DNA from: Catajapyx aquilonaris
Lineage: Eukaryota
NCBI GenBank assembly: GCA_000934665.2
Contig: KZ538319.1
Coordinates: forward strand, 1-64,000
Reading direction: 5' to 3'
Length of the DNA: 64,000 bases
The first letter of the stretch is position 1; every line of letters begins with the position of its first letter. Under the pieces are notes generated by a model, which saw only the letters and a program-made list of their open reading frames with translations, did not search any database and had not been told where the DNA came from. Positions 24,001-35,556 of the stretch are shown here, piece by piece. The position numbers and the translations under genes are program-made.

Positions 24001-25699
24001 TGGGGTATCTGTTATTTTCTCCCTAATGGCGGCAATTATTGGGTTCGAATTTCAGTTCAAGGTACAAGTGAATTTCTATAAGTTCGATAAGTAACTTTCC
24101 TCACACGAAATGGAGGGAAAAGCCTAGTATTTAAGTCCAACTCAGGACCATTTTATCCATCTGCACATCCTGTTGCACTGTCATTCTTCTTCCCCAGTAT
24201 ATCATGTTTACATCATTTTAGGATTGAAAGTGCCTTATTGCTTGCAGAGTGTTCATAGTAACATATTTAAAAAGCAGTGTTGCATAATACAGGGCGTTCC
24301 AAGTGCGTGGGTAGTTTTTAGTTATCAGTGATATCACCCGAAGTAGTTATTTTTGTGTAACTTGTTGTGTCCCGATCCAGGTGCCCCATTACTACCAGGT
24401 CAGGGAGCATATACTACATAAGATGCGCAAACATTCGATTTTTGCGTCTCTCTGTTTGGGGCGTTGCCAAGGCTGGCGGCCATTTTGAAGTTTGTGGAAC
24501 GCCAACGAGGTATAAATAGGGTACAGGCAAAAATAAGGTCTGCCATCTTTGATTCGCGCGTGTTCTTGCCTTTCTTGCCATGCAGTTGCCATGGCTGCCA
24601 AAACCATCAAAGATGGCGGACCCTATTTTTTCCTGTACCCTATTTATACCTCGTTGGCGTTCCACACACTTAAAAATGGCCGCCAGCCTTGGCAACGCCC
24701 CAAACAGAGAGACGCGAACATCAAAGGCGCCGACAGAAGTTTGCGCCTCTTTATGTAGTATATGCTCCCTGACCAGGTGGTGTAACCTGGCTCAGTGCAC
24801 ACCAAGATACAAAAAAAAACACCTTCGAGCGAATTTCCTGTAACTAAAAGGCCCCATGAACTTGGAACACACTGTATTATAGTATAGACAGCCCAGAAAT
24901 GGGACGTAATGTGTCTCTTTTCTACAGGATGACTTAATCAAAATCAGAGACATGCAAGGAGCTCCAGGGGATGCACTTGACAGCTTGATTGGAGTGTATA
25001 TGACATATCCACAGTTAAAGAAGGTAAGTGAAGTTACACACATTAGTCAACTTTGACTTACTTAACGAAGTCCTTAACATAGCTTACTACATATAAAATC
25101 TACTTTGTAACATCTTCTCCCATTAGGTGTTCCAAAGAGCTGGACTGGACCTGTTCCCAGACTTTGACTCATATTGCTATGTGGAAGGAGTGACCACAAA
25201 GCATGAGCCATCTGAGTTACATCTGTATGACTGCATGGCAATGGTCTGTAAGGCAATGAACCTTAGTTCCAGCCGCTGGAACATGTTCGCTGGTCCGAAG
25301 AAGATGGTCATGCAATACAGGGAGAAAATTCCCCACGTACACCCTCTCAATTACAGGATGGTTGTTGTTACACCAAAGCGGTGTGTCAGTGTCACTTGCT
25401 CAGAGGTCAGCCCTGCATACTCGGAGACTCCTGTAACTCATGGAGTGAGTATTGCTCTAATTTGTTTGCTGCAACTTGATAGTAAGACATATTGTATGAT
25501 TGGATAATGTTGAAATACTCATATCACATCTCAATATTTTCTCGCTTATCAGGATATAGACTACAGTGGAGACTTTTTCAATTTCTGTATGACATCGGCC
25601 ACGCTAGCAGGGAAGGCGGTGATGAAGAAAACACCCAGAATCTTGATATACAACATGGCGCAGTTCCTCCGAGGGATCAAACTTCTCTCATACTCGTAA
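10498..25699 (+). CDS. DNAI7: Dynein axonemal intermediate chain 7 (CASC1/Las1), about 834 aa; the exon carrying the start codon lies upstream and is unresolved
   Basis: Phase-consistent exons: 10498-10592 (GPKAADK...), 12293-12479, 13120-13260 (W...C...P...EMNCYISVW), 14124-14317, 14520-14737, 14806-14949, 16338-16688, 17090-17254, 23163(or 23169)-23331, 23785-24061 (LWFEPP...RW...NLPYQSWEMRP), 24928-25023, 25127-25444 (AGLDLFP...SRWN), 25553-25699 (ends KLLSYS*). The GPKA N-terminus and LLSYS C-terminus match CASC1 as I recall it. Confidence 0.88.
13045..13106. repeat. (GAT)n microsatellite ending just before a DNAI7 acceptor
   Basis: Seen directly; the exon starts at 13120. Confidence 0.95.
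13478..13655 (-). mobile_element. tRNA-derived SINE, second family
   Basis: Shares the core TTTTGTGAACTCCCCGGGTGGATTAGTCT...CCCAACTCTGCACG with copies at about 15950-16220 and 49779-50102 (the latter has TSD AAATGACAT). B-box GGTTCGATCCC on the minus strand. Confidence 0.75.
15217..15552 (-). mobile_element. tRNA-derived SINE, 5'-truncated
   Basis: TSD TCAAGAGGCATACT (15203-15216 and 15553-15566), poly-A tail and B-box GGTTCGAGTCC. Confidence 0.85.
18578..22398 (+). CDS. Toll-like receptor (signal peptide, LRRs, single LRRCT, TM, TIR), 904 aa, nested in a DNAI7 intron
   Basis: Exon 18578-19235 (MWVIRLCIFSIAVTLIA signal peptide plus LRRs, donor GTGAGT) joins exon 20342-22398 in phase 1. It has many LxxLxLxxNxL repeats, LRRCT NPLICDC, TM FLIAGMVILSISMMAVFSIWVY, and TIR boxes YDAFLSY, LCVRERDFSPG and FWKQL. 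Confidence 0.95.
22645..22850 (+). mobile_element. SINE fragment with a Nin/Deu-domain-like core
   Basis: GGAAGTGAAGCCGTCGGTCCC...GCACGTTAAAGATCCCCAG...AAATTTCC...GACGTTAAGCCCC resembles, from memory, the Nin/Deu core of arthropod SINEs. Confidence 0.5.
24290..24874. mobile_element. Tc1/mariner-type MITE interrupted by a second fold-back MITE (24401-24771)
   Basis: Outer TIRs are TA-CAGGGCGTTCCAAG / CTTGGAACACACTG-TA. The inner palindromic element CAGGGAGCATATACTAC...GTAGTATATGCTCCCTG has a 7-bp TSD ACCAGGT. Confidence 0.8.
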
Positions 25700-25935
25700 A
25701 AAAATAACAACAAAAAATGTGGTTGTTGTGTGTTTTCATGCATGAAGTGCATCCGGAGGAGTCAGTCAGAAGATGCCCATCATATAACAATGGTCCTCAG
25801 CTGTACAAAATGGTTCAGTGAACCGATAAATTCTGACCATATTTGCCCGCATTATTTGTTTTAGTGCTTACGTGTTATTTTTGGTAAGAATGTGCAAAAT
25901 CCCACAATAGGACCTAAAGGTCTATTTTCATATCC

Positions 25936-26071
25936 GCGAATAGTCGAAAAATCGCGGCGAATTTGGCTTTTCACGCGCGTGCGAATCGCAAGGGGTGTTT
26001 TCATTTATTGTTGGCAACAATAAATGAAAACACCCCTTGCGATTCGCACGCGCGATTTTTCGACTATTCGC
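25936..26071. repeat. Fold-back palindrome with perfect 40-bp arms and a 1-nt loop
   Basis: 25974-26013 is the exact reverse complement of 26015-26054. Outer arms are GCGAATAGTCGAAAAATCGCG and its complement. Confidence 0.9.
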
Positions 26072-26987
26072 ATACATGAGAATATACCTTAAATGAGCTA
26101 GGGTAAAATTTGAGGCCACTAAGATGATTATTTTATTTATGGTCATACAAAAATTGGTCCTGGTAAGGATGAAAAATAATAATTGCAATCTCATATTGTT
26201 GTACCTGACTTACGACATACATACATGCTTGTAACGTGTAAGTGAGGGTGTAATGACGCCCATAATTATATGCTTGAAGGACAGGGTGTGTGTGTAAATT
26301 TTTCGAATGTATAGTAACTGAACCATGTAACACACCAAATCTTGCATGCAATGGTAAAGCCACTAATTTTGTTTTCGGAAATCATGAAAGTTCTGCATTA
26401 TTATTCAAGAGTATATTGAATTATGTGTTTTGTGCTGCACACTTAAAAGTGAAGACCTGAAATGGCTTGATGGCCGTCAGGTTTCTGTAAATTTATACAA
26501 ATTGCAGACCCTTAAAGAATTTTGCATCAAAATTCATCCCAATTATAATGTGACACTGATCATTCTGCATTTTAGGTCTTCGAGTGATCTTTCCTTGAAT
26601 CCCTAGTACTGTATAATTATGTAAGAATACTTTTGCAACAGAAATTAATTGCTGAAAAGCAGACAGGTGGTATGGCTACAACAATTTTCTGCTGTGTAGC
26701 TTTCAATATATTTAAATATACCAAGTGGTATGAATTTAATTTGCACATTATGCACACTGACCTTTCAAATTTAGACCACGTTCAGCATACATCTGCCTTT
26801 CACCAAACTACAAGTAAGTTGTAATAGTCTCTAGGACCAGTGCATATAGTGTATATCCACAGCAGAAACCAAGTCACCGAAATATATAGGGCACAGCTAA
26901 GGGTGGGGTTAATCGAGACAAGTGGTGAATAGATATTTAGCTAACGTAAGAATTTTCGAAACTTTGTTCCGAAGTAGTTACCAATAG

Positions 26988-27052
26988 AAGTCGAAATGGT
27001 GATAAGAACTTTAGAATTATCGATTCTAAAGTTCTTATCACCATTTCGACTT
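26988..27052. repeat. Perfect hairpin with 30-bp arms and a 5-nt loop
   Basis: AAGTCGAAATGGTGATAAGAACTTTAGAAT-tatcg-ATTCTAAAGTTCTTATCACCATTTCGACTT. Confidence 0.9.
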
Positions 27053-27436
27053 TGCATTAATGCAATTGGACACCGGTATTGTACATCACTGCAGACTGTA
27101 GTTATTAATGGTGGAGGTGTGGTGCGAAATGTTCGAAACTTCGGAATTCAATATTGATAAATAGTGCATATCAAAGCCTATCAAAGTGCATATCAAAGTA
27201 TAGCAATAATCCCTGACCTGTGCTAAACTTGGTTTTTTTTCTAAAATTGGCTTTTATTATAAGGCCTGGATTGAAATTTTGAATCAAAAATAGTCGTTAT
27301 TAATGTACAGGTAAGGGTCAAGAAAATGTCTATACACATGTAAACCAAGATTGTAATATGTATCATTATATCATCATATCAAAGTACAGCACAGTACATC
27401 TACCTAGCCATGTAAGTTGTAATATGTATGTAAATA

Positions 27437-28001
27437 TTAGCGTATCCGGAAAGTAAGGTCCGTTATTTATATTAAAAACCACAATGCACCCGCAAAATAA
27501 TTTTTAATTGCCCATCTAAAATCGACACTGTCTACTTTTTTTTTTCAAAATAGTTTCCAAACAAATCGAGGCATTTTTCATTGAGTTACACAAGATTTTG
27601 TGGGACTATGTTATGAGGTCTGCCGCCAGCCATTTCCGCGATTCCCGATGCAACTCCTCGTCCTCGTCAACTTTCTGGTTTGCAAGCCAATTCTTCCCAA
27701 GTTTCTTCCTGTCCATGGACAGGAATAAATGGCTTGCATAGCAGAAGGTTGACGTGACGATGACGAGGAGTTGCAATCTAGCGTTCAGGGATCGAGGAAA
27801 TGGCTGGCGGCAGACTCTATGACATAGGCCCACAAAATCTTGTGTAACTCAATGAAAAAATGCCTCGATTTGTTTGAAAACTATTTTGAAAAAAAAAAAA
27901 AAAGGTAGACAGTGGTCGATTTCAGATGTGCAAATAAACTTTTTGGGGGCACATTGCGGTTTTAAAAATAAATAACTGACCTTACTTTCCGGATGCGCTA
28001 A
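27437..28001. mobile_element. mariner-derived MITE with a decayed transposase C-terminal remnant
   Basis: About 175-bp TIRs TTAGCGTATCCGGAAAGTAAGG / CCTTACTTTCCGGATGCGCTAA with TA TSD. The internal minus-strand peptide HLFLSM...DEDEELHRESRKWL resembles a mariner C-terminus. Confidence 0.8.
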
Positions 28002-28954
28002 TACATTAATATTTAGCTGAATAAGATGCATATAAACTTGAAACATTTGTTTTATTGGTATGCAGTACGCTACATGCAAATTATCAAACTGGGTATTTGA
28101 AACTCACTACATTCCTTCAGCCCATGAATTATTGCAATTCCAGCTTAGGACATCCAGGATGACCACTGCATAGGGGTGAGTGTGACATACCGGTACCTGC
28201 ATATATCTCAACAATTTCCACACATCTGACTCACCATCTGCTCTATGGTAAAATCTCTGCAAACATAATATTTTCTTGGAATCCAGTTTTTTCGCTCATC
28301 GTGAAAATGAAGCAGGATTCACGGGGAGTCAGTCACCTGCGTCAGCTCGAAGGATGTTTTCGATGTCGGTGGGAAGAGGGACGGGGGAGGGGGGGGGGGT
28401 GCGTCTGGGTGAGTCTGGGAGGGGGTCACCCTTGCATGAAAAGTTGCGTGGGAAAGGGTCAGTGGGGCGAGACAAAACATATGCACCGGAAGCCATCCCC
28501 TTCAAGGGGGGTTGTGAAGGGAGGGATGGGAGGGGGGGGGGGGGTCACAACCAAGGTTACCAAGAAAATGTTTGGGTGAGGGCATCTCAGTTGTGAGACA
28601 AACAAGGGGTCACTTGGCTTGGTTTTTTTTTGTTATAAACACAAGTGTCGATAATTGTTATCGTAATAATCAGTGGTCATTCGCACTTTGGTCAGAGATG
28701 CACCGACCAGTATCCACGGTACGTATAACGATCCATATTATGTCATTCGCTTTAAAAAAAAAATCACGATCGTAACACGTGCAGGGTGACGTCACGGTGT
28801 GTCGATTTTAATCCGGATACCATACGTCACGAGGTTCGAATGTTTCGGCGTCGAAAGTGAAATGATTCAGATGAAAGGGAAAGCCGTCCGCATATTACAG
28901 ATGACCCCGAATGATACGAGCATTTGAGACACAAGCGACACAATACCTGCATAT

Positions 28955-29469
28955 CAGCGGTTATCAACCGGTGGGGCGCGCCCCCTTGGGGGGGGGGGGG
29001 GGGNGAAGGGTTGGCAGGGGGGCGAATCCAAAAATTATGTGACTCGAAACAGGCGCAAAAGTAGCACTGATTAGGTAAGAACTACTTCTCATAGCTTAAG
29101 CTGTAGAGTGCAGTTTTGCACAATTTGTACAGTTCTAAAGCCAAAACTGCAATTCTGCTGACTAAGGATTTGTGCAGTCAGAAAATAGCAGACAAGTATG
29201 TTATATCCGGATTCAACTGCACTTGCACATTAGCACTGCTGGAAATATGAAGGGACCGACCTTTCTACTTGCTTATATCCGATGTGCTTATACAGTATAG
29301 GAGGATTCCACTGTTCTTTGTCAGTTATTACATTCACCTAAGCTTGTGTGACCTTGAACCAAAAAATCGCCTGCGACGGACTTCTTTGTTTTGGGGAGAA
29401 GGGGGGGGGGGGCGATATCTGAAATTACTTTCCAGGGAGGCCCGATGCGGCAAAGGTTGATAACCGCTG
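28955..29469. mobile_element. hAT-type MITE carrying a pogo-like fragment
   Basis: TIR CAGCGGTTATCAACC / GGTTGATAACCGCTG with 8-bp TSD CTGCATAT/CTGTATAT. The internal segment at about 29100-29313 recurs inverted at about 33647-33835. Confidence 0.75.
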
Positions 29470-30115
29470 CTGTATATGATGAATTGGAATATGTATGGCT
29501 TTAGTTTATCTCGGATTCACCTGTAACCTTTCCTTCAAAAAGAAGTTATTGGCCTTAGAAGCACAGATCTATTAATATACTCGAAATAAATACTTTGGGA
29601 AGCCATAAAAAAACGGTATTGTTTTCTCATTCCGCGTTCACAAACTTGAAGACATACAAGCGCAGGTTATGTACCGATCATTTTGTCAGTTATTAACCTA
29701 TTTTTAAGGTGAAAAATTACGGAGTCTGATTAGATTGCAAAGGTGGCAGGAATATTCAGAACAGCTCTAATGTGATTAGTAACCTCATCAAAAGGTGTGG
29801 AAGTCATCAATTCTTGACGGCACGTGTCACATCGACCTTGACCCCTCTACTGACGGCGCCGACTTTATTTGCAAAGGGTTAAGCACATGCAGAATAATTC
29901 CGCCAGTAAATTATGCCCATCTGCTTACCATAATTACAAAAACCTGCACTTGCAGTACAATTTGAAAAAAAAAAACATTATTAGCTCCATATCTATTTTT
30001 TGTCACTTTACTCATAATTGACCCAAACTTTTGCATTGTTAAGCCAGCCAGTTGACACCTCCCCCTCCCACAGCCCTGGCGCACATACCCGATAAGAGCA
30101 GCCCCCCCCCCCCCC

Positions 30116-30200
30116 NNNNNNNNNNNNNNNNNNNNNNNNNNNNNNNNNNNNNNNNNNNNNNNNNNNNNNNNNNNNNNNNNNNNNNNNNNNNNNNNNNNNN
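30116..30200. other. Assembly gap (N run) flanked by poly-C
   Basis: Seen directly. Single Ns also occur inside several G/C homopolymers. Confidence 0.99.
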
Positions 30201-31582
30201 CCCCCCCCCCCCCCCTGCCGAAAGCGCGCTCTGAAAGTCGTGTGAATAATATGCGTGCGCCGCTGGGCTTCCCGAGTCTGTGAGTGAATCTGGGACGGAG
30301 CAGACCTCATCTCCTGTGCCTCGTCACTAAATACATCGGGGGTCTACAGTGTAACAAAATATCATCCGTGAGTCTTACAGGGTCACTCCTATAGGTCATT
30401 TCTAGGTCGTGCATTTTTAGATATCCAGCACCCCCTCTCCGGGTCCTTTTCACTTATATGGGTTCTAGGCCCTGCTCTAATACGCAAATTTATTCGTTTA
30501 TGCATACACCCTGTACTCTGTTTTTGGCAAACATGTCACGAGATTTCTAGGAAATATTTTCGGAATTTGTCCTTGTACCCGAATTAAAGCCGACTTTTTT
30601 TATATACATGTTCCTCCTCTCCCCACCCCCCTGTCTAAAGTGGTCTAATTATGAATGAGTCGGGTTCAGGAAATTTAATTTAAAATAATTATACATTGCC
30701 GGTACTTTTATATTTTATATTGAGTTGTACAAATGTGTGTTGTTTTTTTTTAAATATATATAGTTGGATCCAGTGTGTTGGAAGAAATGGCGACTGCCAG
30801 CAGAAAACGCTGGCTCCAGCTTCAGTTCGCGGTGTGGTTGAGGTACACATACAGATAAGAAGGAACAGGAGGAGGGAGGGAAGGGGGAGGAGACCGCCCA
30901 AGATGAAGGGAGGAGAAGACGACTTTCAGCTATCCCAACAAATCCCAAGAAACATAAACTGAGTGGTAAGTAATTTCTAAAAATATATGGGTATACCTTA
31001 ATTAACCACGTATACAAACTAGATAGATGACAGTAATCTTTACCTGTAGTTCAAATAGCGATATGGTATTTTTTTTTCCTGCATGTTTTTGGGTCCGTAT
31101 TGAGTGACGGCCAACATGAGATAAACCAGACCTTGAGGGCCAAAATGGCGGCGCCTATCGCGAAAATAAGACATGCTATCACTTCAGCCTGTTCATACAG
31201 AAGTAAAGGAAATCTAGCACTTTTTTTTTGTACAGTTTTATCAGCGATGACACGGTTCAACATTAGATTTACCAAGCTGACCCGATACAAAGCGTTTCAA
31301 AGCGACAAGTGTTACATAAAATGTTATGCAAATACTCAAAATCACAAGTGAAAATGCATGCACTGTATACGCAATGTAAATATCAATTAACCGGAGGTCA
31401 TTCGACATATAAACGCATGTACTTGCTCAACTATCAATTAGCGTTTGAATATTCGACCAACCATCAATTGGAGGCCAGCCCGCTGATTAGTCTTCATTTA
31501 AGCATAATAGCGTGGGTCAATCGAAGGTCAACTAGACAAATTCATTCTAATTTTTCCCCCCCTACTCTAACAGGCACCATAT

Positions 31583-31920
31583 GAGTAGGTCATTATCAAA
31601 ACCAGGCTATCTCATTTTGTCAACCCAAAGCTAAATTACTATTTCCAATATATGGAACATTTCCACCTCGTGTCTACCTCCCATTAGGCAAGGTCACCTG
31701 AGCCGTGAAAATACTAACTAATGGCCGGTTTCACCAAGCCCGGTTTTCATGAAAACCCCGTTTCTTTCGGAAAATCCCTGCAAATAGAACTATAGGGATT
31801 TTCCGAAAGAACCGGGGTTTTCATGAAAACCGGGCTTGGTGAAACCGGCCATAAATCTGAATTTCCTGTTTTCTGAAGTATTCGTACCGAAGATATCCTG
31901 GTTTTGATAATGACCTACTC
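31583..31920. mobile_element. MITE (GAG termini, ATAT TSD) containing a PIF/Harbinger-like palindromic MITE at 31722-31851
   Basis: Outer TIR GAGTAGGTCATTATCAAAACCAGG. Inner element TGGCCGGTTTCACCAAGCCCGG...CCGGGCTTGGTGAAACCGGCCA is flanked by TAA on both sides. Confidence 0.8.
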
Positions 31921-33860
31921 ATATTTCTAAGAAATGAAAACAGGATGACTCAACTGCATGAGAGCACCCCCCCCCCCCAAAAAAAAAACAACCTATATTC
32001 CACACCCTTTCAATCATTATTAGGTCGCGTGTCTTCCTCAAGATTAGTAGAAAGCACGTGAACCTATTATCGATAAACGTCCCGAGATTTCATCTCCGGT
32101 TGGTTCCGTAGATCCTTCATAGGGGGGTCCATCCCTTGAAAAATCTGGTTCGATACCAGGACTCAAGATATGGACCCGTAACCATGGGTTACCGACACTC
32201 CAGGGCGTCTGGTGGGAGGATTTGTTTGTGCCTAGATATCTTGATGATTTTCTCTGGTCTGCTCTGGTAATTACATGCACACGGGGTCCTAATCAGGCCA
32301 CCTATTCATGGCATCACAAGAGTTGAATTGAGATGTCAACGCCTGAAGCTATTCCAATTATCCTGATTGGTTAGCCAACACGCGCTATTCAATTGCCGTA
32401 CAGGACAGCATATATGGCAGGGGCATCTCTGCGACGTAGGTCTGAATGTGCGTCATGTTCCGGTGACATCCGGTTTCAAAGACATTTTTTTGACCTTGCA
32501 TCACTGCACTTTTCTTTTATTACGCAGGGACTCGGGGAAAATATAATTTGATTCCGGTTACTATGGGAGATCCGGATCTACGTAACACCATCGTCGCAGG
32601 ATACCCAGATCGATAAGCGACAAATAATAATGCGAGCACGCGGATTATTTTTATCCGCCGGACGTAAACAAGTGGGCGACATGCGGAGTTATTTTCGAAA
32701 CCTCAATTGCAACTAATGAACCCAGTGCTTATTAAATATTGTTTAAATTTTTTTTTGAAGGTATACCCCGTCTGGTCAATGTCCTTGGCACTGTCCTTAT
32801 TTTCTCAATGACTATACATGGGAATCTTACCAGCCATTAGGCTCCCATTAACACTTTTTAAGCTCTCTCTTTAATATTCTTAATCGGTCTGGATGACGTT
32901 GACACAACAAGTGCCCTGACCTCTAGGGCACGGGGAGGGGAGGGGGGGGGGGGGGGGNGCGAAAACTTATATGCATTCCCCACCCAAGGCGTGACATTCT
33001 CAATTGTAACCCAGCTGTTGTTATTTACTTCACGATTAAGAACCGGTAAATCCCTGCTATACTTTTAACTATTAAAGCTGCAATTCATCCAGAGAATGAG
33101 GTTAATATATAAGTGACGTCATTCGTAGGCCACTTTTGAACTCGGGTATTAACTTGGGTCCTCCAGATGAATAGCCGACTGAAGATGCAAAATACACTGT
33201 TACAGCAGCATGAGCTATTCACTCACAGTTTCAGCGATGGGTACATTAGACGAATACAACATATGGTCGATCATGGTACATATGGTGTATACTGTATAGG
33301 AAACCGAGGTTTTAGGTATGTGGCTCTTGGGATCAGATACACTATAAATATTTCGGGTTTCGAAATGGTTTTACAATGTGTACATAACAGCGGGGTAGCC
33401 AGGATTTGTGTGTGTTGGGGGGGGGGGGGGGNGGGGGGGGTCAGCCCAGAATACTCGAAAAACTCGGCCGACATAATTATGCACAGTATCAGAGCTTATT
33501 CAAATGAATTTTTAGAACTGCACAAAAGGAATGTTAAACTTGTAGTAATAGGGGAAATGAGCAAAGAGGCAAGAAGCCCGCCGCAGATGAATTTTTGTTG
33601 TTGTTCAAGGTCACACAAGCTTAGGCGAATGTAACTGACAAAGTACAGTGGAAGCCACCTATACCGTAAGCACATCGGATATAAGCAAGTAGAAAGGTCG
33701 ATCCCTTCATATTTCCAGCAGTGCCAATGTACAATAAGTATAGTGCAGTTGAATCCGGATATAACAGACTTTACAAATCCTTATTCAGAACTGCACATTT
33801 TAGAACTGCACATATTGTGTAGAACTGCACGCTACAGTAAGCCCTGCACAGTATACTGTA

Positions 33861-34665
33861 TGTGTTAGGCTCAAACCCCGAAAATGGCCATTGAGCAGGA
33901 AAAAAACGACCATTTCAGGGAATGCTCTTTCCAAAACGGGCAGATCGCGAAATGCTCCCTTTCAAGCCACCCATTTTGCGAAATGCTCTTTGGTCAGGTT
34001 GCGGAATGGACCTTTTCAAAACAGAACACTTTTCTGAGCTAAACAAAACCGCCAGGACGCGAATTTTGTGTCGTCGCTGGTCCAGAAAAAAGCCCATACG
34101 AGTCGTCCCAGTTTACTGTTTCACACTACCTCATGTAGATGCTGGAAATACTTAGAAATCACCCTGTTTCTGTTTTGCAAATGGTTGAAATACACTGTGT
34201 TCCTGATTATCCGTGCTAAATGAATGCACGGGTGTCGCCGGATAATCGAAAAACATGGATAATAATCGGGGAATTGTCCTAGACACCGTAAAAATGAGCA
34301 ATTCAAAGGTTTTTCATGTACAGTCTACGTACTACTCGATACAATCATAGTGTACGCTGCTTTAACTAAGGTTTAATAAAAATAATCAGAGACCAGATAT
34401 TTTTAGTTTGTCTTCTAGAAAAAGTATGTTATATCGGTATTTCTTCGTTTGCAAGCATCTGGCTGTTTTCAAAAGGTTCATTCCGCAATCTGGCCGTTTT
34501 AAATGTAGCATTTCGCGATATGCCTCTTATTTTAAAATGAGCATTTTGCAAAATGGATGCTTTGAAAGGGAGCCTTTTGCGATCTGCCCGTTTTGAAGAG
34601 AGCATTCCGCAATATGGTCGTTTCCCCCCGCTAAATTGCCGTTTTCGGGGTTTGAGCCTAACACA
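33861..34665. mobile_element. MITE with long imperfect TIRs
   Basis: TGTGTTAGGCTCAAACCCCGAAAA...TTTTCGGGGTTTGAGCCTAACACA, with subterminal repeats of the GCGAAATGCTC type. Confidence 0.75.
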
Positions 34666-35450
34666 AATGCATGAGGTGACATATAAACCCCCCCCTCCCC
34701 CAACCCATAAATTACTGAGTTATTTTTGATTTTGAATAGATTACTGACATCATCCACCATATACAAATATTTGTGCACGTGCTTTTTATACCTGAAAATA
34801 GCGGAAGTGTAACTCTAATTTCCTGGGTCCGGAGGGGGGGGGGGTGTTACAACCCCCCCCCCCTCCCCCCAAATAGCCCACCCTTCCCTACGCCCCTGGT
34901 ATACCCCATAATATACATCCTCGTATATCCCAGAGATAGGTCAACACAGCATCTGTAAACACCTGTATATTGATACGCAATGAGACGCATTACCCCCACC
35001 TCTTGGGGAAGAGGATGCATCGTTGTCATGGTGACCTTTGTCTTCAAGTTGGGGTATAGTATCAAAAGAAGAGGTGCGCAGGCGCCCTCTGTGAAAAAAC
35101 TTTCAATATTTTTGAGCTTGTCAGTTTTCATAGTTTCAGAGAAGAGATTTGTGTATCTGTACTTGATTTTTTTATGGGTAATTGAGAGATGGACCATTGA
35201 AGGTCCATTTTACAACGTTCCACACGACCATTCAAAATGAGCTAAAAATTGAAAATAAACACGCAATAGGTGCTTCTGTTGTTTTTCCTGGCGCATTTTT
35301 AGTCTCGTTTGACGACCGCGTTTTGAACCTAACCCCGTCGTAAAACGGGCTACATGTACCGTACAGTAGGCCCTACATCGAAAATACTCCGCAGGAGTCA
35401 CAGGCCACCAGTCGGTAATGGACAGTTTCCATTGTATACCAATAAATAAG

Positions 35451-35556
35451 GTACTATATCGCTCAAAAAGATAGAGACGATTGGCATTTGATTCAAGTGC
35501 AAGTTGCACTTGAGTCAAATGCAAAATCGTCTCTATCTTTTTGGGCGATATAGTAC
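35451..35556. repeat. Near-perfect fold-back palindrome (small MITE)
   Basis: GTACTATATCGCTCAAAAAGATAGAGACGAT...ATCGTCTCTATCTTTTTGGGCGATATAGTAC. Confidence 0.8.

Noticed and set aside
33167..33634. 155-aa ORF in the intergenic region
   Set aside because: It has no domain or convincing splice context and runs through a poly-G tract containing an N.
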